A stretch of 64,000 nucleotides of DNA from Rickettsiales bacterium (GTDB lineage: Bacteria; Pseudomonadota; Alphaproteobacteria; Rs-D84): contig JAITCH010000010.1 of the NCBI GenBank assembly GCA_031283185.1, forward strand, positions 63,237-127,236, given 5' to 3'. A program made the position numbers and the translations under genes. Under the pieces are notes generated by a model. The model did no database searches and had not been told where the DNA came from. It worked only from the letters and a program-made list of their open reading frames with translations. Position 1 is the first letter of the stretch. Every line of letters begins with the position of its first letter. This document shows, in pieces, positions 1 through 7,724 of this stretch.

Positions 1-2445
1 TTGGGAACGGTGTTGTCGAATTCCGAAGCGTCGCAGGATTATAGAGTTGTGCAGGACGAGGCGATAAGTGTTTGGTTTGAATTGGAAGACGGCCGGCGGA
101 TTATTGCCTGGACGACAACGCCTTGGACGCTTCCTGCGAACGAAGCATTGGCAGTGAATCCGAAAATGGAGTATGTGCAACTTCGTGCAGAGGACGGCAA
201 GAATTATGTAGTGGCAAAATCGCGTGCGGGCGCATACGAAAAACAACTCGGCACAAACATCACTGCGAATTTCACTGGCGATGCGCTGGTTGGAAAAAAG
301 TATAAGCCATTGTTTGCTTATTACAATGATGAAAAATTATATCACATTGCTGCGGGCGAATTTGTTTCCGACTCGGATGGAACGGGTATTGTGCATCTTG
401 CGCCTGCATTCGGAGAAGACGATTTTTGGACGCTGAAAAAGTCCGACCAACATTTTCCAGTTATTGTGAATGTTGATGACTTTGGCAATTTTACGGCGGA
501 AGTCCTGGGTTTTTCGGGAATGAATATTTTTGAAGCCAGTCCGAAAATAATTGAAAACCTGAAAAAATGCGGCAATCTTATCCGGCGCGAATCTTATTCG
601 CATTCGTATCCTTATGGTGATAGATCAAAGGAAAAACTGATTTATCGCGCGACTGATTCTTGGTATATAGATGTTCCAAAAATCCACGATGCGTTGTTGA
701 AAAATAACGAACAGGTTCGGTGGACAAGTGCAGGCGCGCGGTTTGCGGATTGGATAAAGAACGCGCGGCCGTGGAGCATATCGCGTAATCGTTTTTGGGG
801 CACGCCGCTGCCGATTTGGGAACGGGATGGCGAATATAAAATCTTTGGCAGCATTGCGGAAATTGAAAAGTTTTTTGACACGAAAATTGAAGACCTTCAT
901 CGCCCGACTTTGGACGCATTGGAAAAAGACGGCTGGCATCGCATCCCGGATGTTTTGGATTGTTGGGTGGAAAGCGGGTCAATGCCCTGGGCTTCATTGC
1001 ATTATCCGTTTGAGAATAAAGCGCGGTTTGATAAAGAATTCCCTGCGGATTATATTATCGAAGGGCAGGATCAAACGCGCGGTTGGTTTTATTCGCTGAT
1101 GGTGCTTGCGTCTGCATTGTTTTCAAAACCTGCGTTCAAGGCGGTTTCTGCGAACGGAATGGTCGTTGATGATAAAAAGAAAAAGTTATCCAAATCGGTG
1201 GGCAATTATTCTGATCCAATGGATTTGATAAATACTTATGGTGCGGACGCGGTGCGGCTTTATATCCTTGGGTCAAATTTCTTAAAGGCAGAGCCAGTCA
1301 GCATAGACCTGAAAGGATTGGTATTTTTAGAGCCGACTAAAACTATTCTTGTGCCGTTGTGGAACGCGTATCATTTCTTTACCCTTTACGCGAACGCTGG
1401 AAATATGACGGCCGGACGGGGTAGTGGTAATAATGTAATGGATAAATACATTTTATCCGAATTGAATGATTTGACGGCGGTTGCGAATGACTCGCTTGAA
1501 AATTATTCACCGGATTTGCTGACGCGTAAAGTTGTGGAATTCTTGGACATTCTGAATAATTGGTATGTGCGCTTGAACCGAGAAAGATTTTGGAATGAAG
1601 ACCAGGATGCGTTTAATACATTGTGGACGGCATTGTCGGATTTATGTCGGATTATCGCGCCTGTTGCGCCGTTTTTGGCGGAACATATTTTCCGCGCATT
1701 GAATAATGGCGCGTCTGTGCATTTGGAAAACTTCCCGACATATATAGAGAATAAAGAAACCGAAAGTCTAAGAACGATGCGGACGATTAGGGACATTGTG
1801 TCGGTTGGAAAAATGTTGCGCGAAAATGCGGGTCTTCGTAATCGCCTGCCATTGAACGAGTTGAAGATATATGGATATAAAGATTTTGATAATCACTTTA
1901 TTAAAATTATTGAAACCGAATTGAATGTTAAAAAAGTGTCGCCAATGGGAACGGATAGTTCATCGGTTGCGGAAAGTTTTGTGTATCTGATTACGCCGAA
2001 AATCGGCGCGCGCCTTGGGGCGAAGTTGAAAGAGATAATGTCCGCATCAAAACAGCCGAATTTCAATCCGGCGGAATTTGGATTGTTGCCGGACGAGTTT
2101 GAGATGCGTCTGAATGTTAAAGCGGGAATAACGGGCGCGGCATTGCCGGATAATACGGCGGTGGTGGTGCTTGATACCGATATAACGCCGGAATTGGTGG
2201 CCGAGGGCTTGGCGCGAGATGTCCTGCGTTTTGTGCAGGATACTCGTAAGGCTATGGATTTGGATGTGTCCGATAGAATAACTTTGGAATATGACGCGGA
2301 TGATGAATTGTCCGCCGCGATAGAGGCGCATTCGGTGATGATAAAGGAAAACGCATTGGCGACCGAACTTCGCCGCACGACTGGGCAGGGCGATTATTCC
2401 ACAGAAATAGAATCCCACAAAATTTCTATTAGGATTAATAAGTAA
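1..2445 (+). CDS. ileS: isoleucyl-tRNA synthetase, C-terminal ~814 aa (5' end outside window)
   Basis: The ORF runs in from the window edge. Class I aaRS features are present: TTTPWTLPAN, a KMSKS-like KKKLSKS and an IleRS-like C-terminal region. Confidence 0.9.
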   Translation: MGTVLSNSEASQDYRVVQDEAISVWFELEDGRRIIAWTTTPWTLPANEALAVNPKMEYVQLRAEDGKNYVVAKSRAGAYEKQLGTNITANFTGDALVGKKYKPLFAYYNDEKLYHIAAGEFVSDSDGTGIVHLAPAFGEDDFWTLKKSDQHFPVIVNVDDFGNFTAEVLGFSGMNIFEASPKIIENLKKCGNLIRRESYSHSYPYGDRSKEKLIYRATDSWYIDVPKIHDALLKNNEQVRWTSAGARFADWIKNARPWSISRNRFWGTPLPIWERDGEYKIFGSIAEIEKFFDTKIEDLHRPTLDALEKDGWHRIPDVLDCWVESGSMPWASLHYPFENKARFDKEFPADYIIEGQDQTRGWFYSLMVLASALFSKPAFKAVSANGMVVDDKKKKLSKSVGNYSDPMDLINTYGADAVRLYILGSNFLKAEPVSIDLKGLVFLEPTKTILVPLWNAYHFFTLYANAGNMTAGRGSGNNVMDKYILSELNDLTAVANDSLENYSPDLLTRKVVEFLDILNNWYVRLNRERFWNEDQDAFNTLWTALSDLCRIIAPVAPFLAEHIFRALNNGASVHLENFPTYIENKETESLRTMRTIRDIVSVGKMLRENAGLRNRLPLNELKIYGYKDFDNHFIKIIETELNVKKVSPMGTDSSSVAESFVYLITPKIGARLGAKLKEIMSASKQPNFNPAEFGLLPDEFEMRLNVKAGITGAALPDNTAVVVLDTDITPELVAEGLARDVLRFVQDTRKAMDLDVSDRITLEYDADDELSAAIEAHSVMIKENALATELRRTTGQGDYSTEIESHKISIRINK

Positions 2446-2460
2446 AAAACGGGTGATAAA

Positions 2461-2868
2461 ATGGAACAATTTTTACAAGGACAATTATTTGCGGCAATTA
2501 TAATTTTAATACTAACAACAATTCTGACATTTGTTTCTAGCTATTTTTTAGAACGACAGCGCGCTAAAAAAGAAATTCAGCAAAAACTATTAATCAAACG
2601 ACTAGAAACATATGAAACACTTATGGAACTGATAAAGAATTGGCGGAATTTGATTCGCAATAAAAAAGAAAATAATGATGAAATTATGAGAATAAAACAA
2701 ATTGCTATTGATATTGAATCAAAATGTCTTCTATATGCATCTCACGAAGTGTGTCAGGAATACTCTAGGTTGGTTAATTGTGCCATGGATCAAAAAATAT
2801 TTGAATCCCCTGACAAACTTACACAAATAATACGAAAAGAGATTGGCAACGACAATCTTCCAAGTTAA
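2461..2868 (+). CDS. hypothetical protein with an N-terminal TM helix and a coiled-coil-like region
   Basis: The ORF has an RBS-like GGGTGATAAA upstream and a hydrophobic N-terminus (AAIIILILTTILTFV). No domain is recognised. Confidence 0.4.
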   Translation: MEQFLQGQLFAAIIILILTTILTFVSSYFLERQRAKKEIQQKLLIKRLETYETLMELIKNWRNLIRNKKENNDEIMRIKQIAIDIESKCLLYASHEVCQEYSRLVNCAMDQKIFESPDKLTQIIRKEIGNDNLPS

Positions 2869-2897
2869 GTGCACTAAATTTTCCCGACTAGTTTTTA

Positions 2898-2970
2898 GCA
2901 GGTGGGGGTTTCCTGCCCCACACTCATCTCCCCTTGTCATTCCCGCGAAGGCGGGAATCTCAAATTGTTA
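2898..2970. repeat. composite repeat family B copy (degenerate G-rich hairpin + GTCATTCCCGCGAAGGCGGGAATCTCAAATTGTTA), overlapping the 3' end of the GIY-YIG gene
   Basis: Sequence match to 29117-29194 and 55347-55453. Confidence 0.75.
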
Positions 2971-3278
2971 ATTTCCGCTGTTATTCCGGGGCATATATCT
3001 TCGGACAAATCATTCCATTCGGGATTGCTTTCTATTACCAATCGCTGTTTCCAACTTTTATTCCATTTCTTCAACTGCTTTTCCCGCACAACGGCGTGTT
3101 CCATATCTCCTTGAACTTCATACCAAACCAACTTATCCAGGTTGTATCTGTCGGAATGGCTATCCTTGAAAAACCCCGTCTTGTGTTGGTAAACGCGATT
3201 AACCAGGTCGGAGGTTGATCCGATATAGGTTCTGCCCATCCAACAATTAGTCATAATATATACGCAAGGCTGTTTCAT
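2937..3278 (-). CDS. GIY-YIG nuclease family protein (YhbQ/UPF0213-like)
   Basis: Starts VYIMTN...GRTYIGSTSDLVNRVYQHK...KLVWYE, which fits the GIY-YIG core. The last ~10 codons (NNLRFPPSRE) are encoded by the repeat at 2936-2970. Confidence 0.7.
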   Translation of the reverse strand: MKQPCVYIMTNCWMGRTYIGSTSDLVNRVYQHKTGFFKDSHSDRYNLDKLVWYEVQGDMEHAVVREKQLKKWNKSWKQRLVIESNPEWNDLSEDICPGITAEINNLRFPPSRE

Positions 3279-3325
3279 AGGACAAGGCTATCAAATTTTA
3301 TAAGTCCGCATCAAAGGATTTTTTA

Positions 3326-3406
3326 CAATTTGAGATTCCCGCCTTCGCGGGAATGACGACACTTCGTGTCGTTTCTAGCGGGTGGGGGTCGGGAGATCCC
3401 CACCCG
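3326..3406. repeat. composite repeat family B copy in inverted orientation (CAATTTGAGATTCCCGCCTTCGCGGGAATGAC ... GCGGGTGGGGGTCGGGAGATCCCCACCCGC)
   Basis: Reverse complement of the family B consensus. Together with 2898-2970 it brackets the GIY-YIG gene. Confidence 0.75.
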
Positions 3407-3418
3407 CCAAATGGAAAT

Positions 3419-4087
3419 TTATTTTATTTTCTGCTGCCCGACCATTGCCATTAGATTGCGTCTGTCGTCATTATGTAATTCGGGTAAATCCGCACAGGTA
3501 TCGCGGATCAAAGTTTCGAAATATAATCTGTAAGTATCCGAATGTAATTTTTTAATTTTGTTCTTATTGAAATTCAATTCTCCGTTCCGCCGCCGCCGCG
3601 GATAATTTTCCAAATCTTCAATATCTTCCTGTGTTGATTCAATCTGTTCGTCTAGGCAGGCGTTGTGCATACGAATTTCGTAATCGTATGCATTCTTTGC
3701 GACTATTCCATCTGCGCCGACACGGACGATTTCATAGCAGACATCGCGTAAAATTACCGGCTTGATCTTAATTTGGATGCCGATGATCCCGGCTTTGCCC
3801 ATTTTAAGGATTGCATTTTCGAATTTTATATCTTCATCCATTATGTGGGATAGACATTTGGCGTCCTTTGTCCCGTTGGCGCAAAGCCCAAGGGCATTTT
3901 GGAAGATGTCGTTGTTTGATGGATAGTTTAGAAAGATATGTTGTGTTTCCGGGTCAAGTGATTTTAATCCGGCGCGTTCGTCAACGACGCTTTTTGACAT
4001 AGAGTAAATTTCTTGGATAATTTTTACAATTCGGACGGCTTTTAATTGGGTTCGGTTTTCCCAATAGTTTTTTGGCGGTTTGTTCAT
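3419..4087 (-). CDS. hypothetical protein (222 aa)
   Basis: Long ORF divergent from the small paralog pair. No domain is recognised. Confidence 0.45.
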   Translation of the reverse strand: MNKPPKNYWENRTQLKAVRIVKIIQEIYSMSKSVVDERAGLKSLDPETQHIFLNYPSNNDIFQNALGLCANGTKDAKCLSHIMDEDIKFENAILKMGKAGIIGIQIKIKPVILRDVCYEIVRVGADGIVAKNAYDYEIRMHNACLDEQIESTQEDIEDLENYPRRRRNGELNFNKNKIKKLHSDTYRLYFETLIRDTCADLPELHNDDRRNLMAMVGQQKIK

Positions 4088-4231
4088 TTGCGGCCTCTTT
4101 TCCTACACAATACAACCATAATTTAATTGTGTCAATAAATAAAATTCCTCAGCCTGGCATAGGTAAAAAATCCCATAGGATTTTCGTCAAAAATATGATA
4201 CAATGCTCGGTCAAATAAATAGGAATTACAA

Positions 4232-4444
4232 ATGGCACTTTTTGAACTTAATGGGTATTTGGTTGGGAATGACCAATACGGACACTTGAATGTAATAAGA
4301 AAACTTGAAGATGGCGAAAAGGAATGGTTGGGCAAAATGTGCCCGCCGCCACTGCCACAAGAGAATGTCGGCGCGGTATCGAAATTGCTGAATTTTTTAA
4401 GAAAGACTATAGCGGATGCTTCCCGTCAAAGGGCTGTGGCATAA
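4232..4444 (+). CDS. small hypothetical protein (70 aa), first of a tandem paralog pair
   Basis: The ORF starts MALFELNGYLV... and contains CPPP. A -10-like TACAAT lies upstream. Confidence 0.5.
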   Translation: MALFELNGYLVGNDQYGHLNVIRKLEDGEKEWLGKMCPPPLPQENVGAVSKLLNFLRKTIADASRQRAVA

Positions 4445-4456
4445 AGGAGAAAACTG

Positions 4457-4671
4457 ATGGCATTATTTGAGTTAAATGGATTTCTTGTCCATAATGATGA
4501 TTTTGGACAGATAAATGTAATAAGAAAACTGGATGAACAGGAAAAAGAGTGGCTCGGTGGGCTTTGTCCCCCCCCCCATTCGCTAGTGCAGCGGCGAGAT
4601 TAAATACAGAATTCCTGTTATATTTGCGGAATAGGGCGAATATAGATAGTCGGCAAAGGGCTGTGGCATAA
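4457..4671 (+). pseudogene. tandem paralog of 4232..4444, interrupted or phase-shifted at a poly-C(10) tract (present frame stops at 4603)
   Basis: An AAGGAGA RBS sits 7 nt upstream. The N-terminus MALFELNGFLVHNDDFGQINVIRKLDEQEKEWLGGLCPPP parallels copy 1. After the C10 tract (4568-4577), the +1 frame encodes ...NTEFLLYLRNRANIDSRQRAVA, homologous to the copy-1 C-terminus ...NFLRKTIADASRQRAVA. Confidence 0.6.
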
Positions 4672-4697
4672 TAATTGAATAAATTAACGAGGATAAA

Positions 4698-4895
4698 TTG
4701 ACTCTGAAAGAGATTCCTGGCGCATTGATTGCGGTGGATTGTTTGGGTAATGTTGATGTGCGTCATAAGGTGGATAACGAACATAAGTTTAAGCGGACGG
4801 ATGGGACGCATTCGTCCAGCAAGGTTTCGCATCCGACCCCGCTTGATGCGGCGTTGAGCATTTCTAATCTTGCCCATAAAACTATTGCGCGTTAG
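4698..4895 (+). CDS. small hypothetical ORF (65 aa, TTG start)
   Basis: GAGGATAAA precedes the TTG. A strong hairpin terminator follows at 4927-4965. No homology is recognised. Confidence 0.3.
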   Translation: MTLKEIPGALIAVDCLGNVDVRHKVDNEHKFKRTDGTHSSSKVSHPTPLDAALSISNLAHKTIAR

Positions 4896-4926
4896 CCTAA
4901 AAATAGTTGGCGCGACCGATACAACT

Positions 4927-4965
4927 GCCGGAAGGGGTCTCAGAATCCCTTCCGGCATATTTTAT
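4927..4965 (+). terminator. intrinsic terminator-like hairpin GCCGGAAGGGGTCTCAGAATCCCTTCCGGC followed by ATATTTTA
   Basis: A 9-bp GC-rich stem followed by a T-rich tract, read directly from the sequence. Confidence 0.5.
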
Positions 4966-5003
4966 CGGCATTATATTGGCACTATTCAACCCGTTATACA
5001 CGA

Positions 5004-5036
5004 TGTATATACAAAATGCACGCAAATGTATATACA
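5004..5036. promoter_or_regulatory. two copies of the perfect 10-bp palindrome TGTATATACA with starts 23 bp apart; candidate operator
   Basis: Read directly from the sequence. A TTGACC motif follows at 5044-5049. Confidence 0.35.
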
Positions 5037-5122
5037 GGGGGTGTTGACCCGGACATAAGGTTTTCTGTGGATTTTTATCCTTTGACAAATAATAAAAGTG
5101 GGTGGAAAAGTTATAAAAAGTT

Positions 5123-5249
5123 CTCCTCCATTGGAGGAGTCCCCCACGAAGTGGGGGGAGGTGGTTTAGCCACATTAAGGTAAGTAGTGCGGGGATATTT
5201 GGTTAAACCACCCCGCGCCTACGGCGCACCCCTCCACCGGAGGGGAATT
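5123..5249. repeat. composite structured repeat copy A: hairpin, hairpin, inverted-repeat core GGTGGTTTAGCCAC...GTGGTTAAACCACC, hairpin, hairpin
   Basis: CTCCTCCATTGGAGGAG, TCCCCCACGAAGTGGGGGGA, the core, CGCGCCTACGGCGCA and CCCCTCCACCGGAGGGG. The architecture is the same as the copy at 35317-35454. Confidence 0.8.
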
Positions 5250-5300
5250 GAGCCCTGAAATGGGCGGGATGGAAAACAGACCTTATGGGGTTTGTTCGGT

Positions 5301-7004
5301 TTATTTTGTCATTTTCAGGAATTTTTCGCTGCGTTTGGCGGGCAGGTCATCCGGCTTTTCTTTCGCCAAGGCATCCAACTCTGCGCCAATCGCCTTTGAT
5401 AGATTTTCCATTGTCGTCTGCCAATCCGTATGCGCGCCACCTTCCGGCTCTGCTACAACTTTATCAACAATGCCCAGCGATTTGGCATCCGCCGATGTCA
5501 ATTTTAACGCCTCGGCAGCCTCGGCCTTGAACTTATTGTCCTTCCAACAGATAGAAGCGCAGGATTCCGGCGCAATAACCGAATATACGGCATTTTCCAT
5601 CATCAGCACTCGGTCGCCTGTGGCGATGGCGATTGCCCCGCCGGATCCGCCTTCGCCGACAATGGCTGCGATGTATGGAGTTTTAACTGACAGCCCGACC
5701 TGGATGGAGTTTGCGATTGCTTGGGATTGTCCGCGTTCTTCGGCATCCTTGCCCGCGAATGCGCCCGCCGTATCCACAAGCGACACAATCGGCAGTCCGA
5801 ATTTTTCCGCCAGCATCATAAGCCGTGCGGCCTTGCGATAGCCCTCTGGCGTTGGCATTCCGAATCTGTGCTTGGTTCGCGTTGCCGCATCTCGGCCTTT
5901 TTCTTGCCCCATTATGACGACTGGGCGTCCGCCAAAATATCCGACCCCGCCGATCAATGCCAGGTCTTCGCCGAATTGTCTGTCTCCGGCGAGCGGGATG
6001 AATCCAGAAACCATTCCGTTGATATAGTCCAAAAAGTGTGGGCGGTTTTCGTTTCGCGCCAGCAGGACTTTTTGATAAGCCGGGGGCAGGTCGCTTGCCT
6101 TGGATTCCATTCCGCCGTGATTTGGCGTTGCGATATGCGCGGATTCCTTGTCGCCCTGCTGTTTCATAAGGATGCGTAGGATATTGCCAAGAGTGTCTTT
6201 CAGCGCATCGCGTTTGACGACTATGTCGACCATTCCGTGGTCAAGCAAAAATTCCGCGGTTTGGAAATTGGCGGGTAATTTTTCATGCAGGTTCTGTTCA
6301 ATGACGCGCCGTCCTGCGAATCCGATTCGCGCGCCGCTTTCAGCAATATGAATGTCGCCGATCATTGCAAAGGATGCCGTTACCCCGCCGTATGTCGGGT
6401 CGGCAAGCACGACTATATAAGGCAGCCGTGCATCGCGGAGTTTATTTATTGCGGCGGTGGTGCGTGCCATCTGCATAAGTGATAGTAAATTTTCTTGCAT
6501 TCTCGCGCCGCCGGAACTGGTTATCAATACGAAAGGCTGTTTATGTTTGATGGCGTGTTCTGCGGCGGCGATGATTCCTTCACCGACTGCGCGACCCATT
6601 GATCCGCCGATAAAGTCCATATTCATAACGGCGATGGTTGTTGGAATTCCGCCGACTTCGCCAGTTGCGGCGGCGAGGCCGTCCTTCATTCCAGTTTCAT
6701 CGCGCGCTTCGGACAGGCGGTCTTTATATGGTTTGATGTCGGTAAAGCCCAGCGGATCGTCAACCACGACCGGCATTGGGACGGCGGTAAAATCCAATCC
6801 GTCAAACATCATTTTGAATCGTTGCGGAGGCGTCATTCCGAATATATGTCCACATTTGGGGCATACGCGTAGATTTTTCTTATAGTCTTTATAGAATACT
6901 AATTTTCCGCAAAAGTCGCATTTAATCCACATAAATTTTTTTATGGATTCGTATTTATCATTTTTTTTGATTGGTTCGGCGTCGTTCTTTTTTTTCCAAA
7001 ACAT
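5301..7004 (-). CDS. accD-accA: acetyl-CoA carboxylase carboxyltransferase, fused beta (AccD, zinc finger CDFCGK...CPKCGH) and alpha (AccA) subunits
   Basis: A 567-aa ORF with an AccD N-terminal half and an AccA C-terminal half, both judged by similarity. Confidence 0.9.
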   Translation of the reverse strand: MFWKKKNDAEPIKKNDKYESIKKFMWIKCDFCGKLVFYKDYKKNLRVCPKCGHIFGMTPPQRFKMMFDGLDFTAVPMPVVVDDPLGFTDIKPYKDRLSEARDETGMKDGLAAATGEVGGIPTTIAVMNMDFIGGSMGRAVGEGIIAAAEHAIKHKQPFVLITSSGGARMQENLLSLMQMARTTAAINKLRDARLPYIVVLADPTYGGVTASFAMIGDIHIAESGARIGFAGRRVIEQNLHEKLPANFQTAEFLLDHGMVDIVVKRDALKDTLGNILRILMKQQGDKESAHIATPNHGGMESKASDLPPAYQKVLLARNENRPHFLDYINGMVSGFIPLAGDRQFGEDLALIGGVGYFGGRPVVIMGQEKGRDAATRTKHRFGMPTPEGYRKAARLMMLAEKFGLPIVSLVDTAGAFAGKDAEERGQSQAIANSIQVGLSVKTPYIAAIVGEGGSGGAIAIATGDRVLMMENAVYSVIAPESCASICWKDNKFKAEAAEALKLTSADAKSLGIVDKVVAEPEGGAHTDWQTTMENLSKAIGAELDALAKEKPDDLPAKRSEKFLKMTK

Positions 7005-7073
7005 TTTTATTCTCCCATAATAATTTTCGCCGCAGTGCGGCGATTCATTAATTTCAACTTTTAATTTTTTGGT

Positions 7074-7364
7074 TTAACTTTTTTTCAGATGGTTCATCAC
7101 CTTGAAAAAATCCGCGCTGATTTTGAAGTGGAGTTTCTTGCCCGCTGGCACGGCGATTTTTTCTTTGGAATATGGGTTGTATCCGATTTTAGTAGCGCGT
7201 TCGCGCATTTCGAATGTTCCGAATCTGCGGATTTCTACGCGGTTGCCGATGGCGGCTTGTTCGCGGACTGCATTAAAAAATGTATCGACTACGCGTTCAG
7301 CGGCAGTCTTGTCCATTCGGATAAACCTTACTTGAATTGTTCTGACCAAATCCGATCGTTTCAT
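7074..7364 (-). CDS. ihfB: integration host factor beta / HU-family DNA-binding protein
   Basis: Starts MKRSDLVRTI...GFGTFE...RNPKTG, the HU/IHF fold. The start is chosen at the internal Met. Confidence 0.8.
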   Translation of the reverse strand: MKRSDLVRTIQVRFIRMDKTAAERVVDTFFNAVREQAAIGNRVEIRRFGTFEMRERATKIGYNPYSKEKIAVPAGKKLHFKISADFFKVMNHLKKS

Positions 7365-7486
7365 TGTCTTGCCTTTTACCCTGACCCTCATTGGGGCGGG
7401 GTTGATAAGTGGTCGGCGCAGCCGACATCTAATTTCCAAGTGAATTTAATATAAATTCTGCGTTATTTCAAGCATTTCTTTTTTAC

Positions 7487-7514
7487 TTGCAAAATTTGAC
7501 TGGCAATGTAAAAT
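7487..7514 (+). promoter_or_regulatory. sigma70-like promoter TTGCAA-N16-TAAAAT for the rpmF-plsX-fabH operon
   Basis: Hexamers read from the sequence about 35 nt upstream of the rpmF ATG. Confidence 0.5.
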
Positions 7515-7549
7515 ACGGGGCGATAGAAACAACATAGGGAAGACTAATT

Positions 7550-7723
7550 ATGGCAGTTCCAAAAAAGAAAAAAAGCAAATCTCGTTCCGCGCAGCACAAG
7601 GCGCATAACGCATTGTCTGCGATGCCGGCATCAACCTGCGTGAAATGCGGGGAAAAGAAGCGTCCGCATCATGTATGTGATGCTTGCGGCGCGTATGGCG
7701 AAAAGGCCGTATTGAAGAAATAA
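7550..7723 (+). CDS. rpmF: 50S ribosomal protein L32 (57 aa; shorter than the 60-aa cut-off of the ORF track)
   Basis: MAVPKKKKSKSRSAQHKAHNAL...CVKCGEKKRPHHVCDACGAYG, sitting immediately upstream of plsX as in the conserved cluster. Confidence 0.9.
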   Translation: MAVPKKKKSKSRSAQHKAHNALSAMPASTCVKCGEKKRPHHVCDACGAYGEKAVLKK

Positions 7724-7724
7724 T

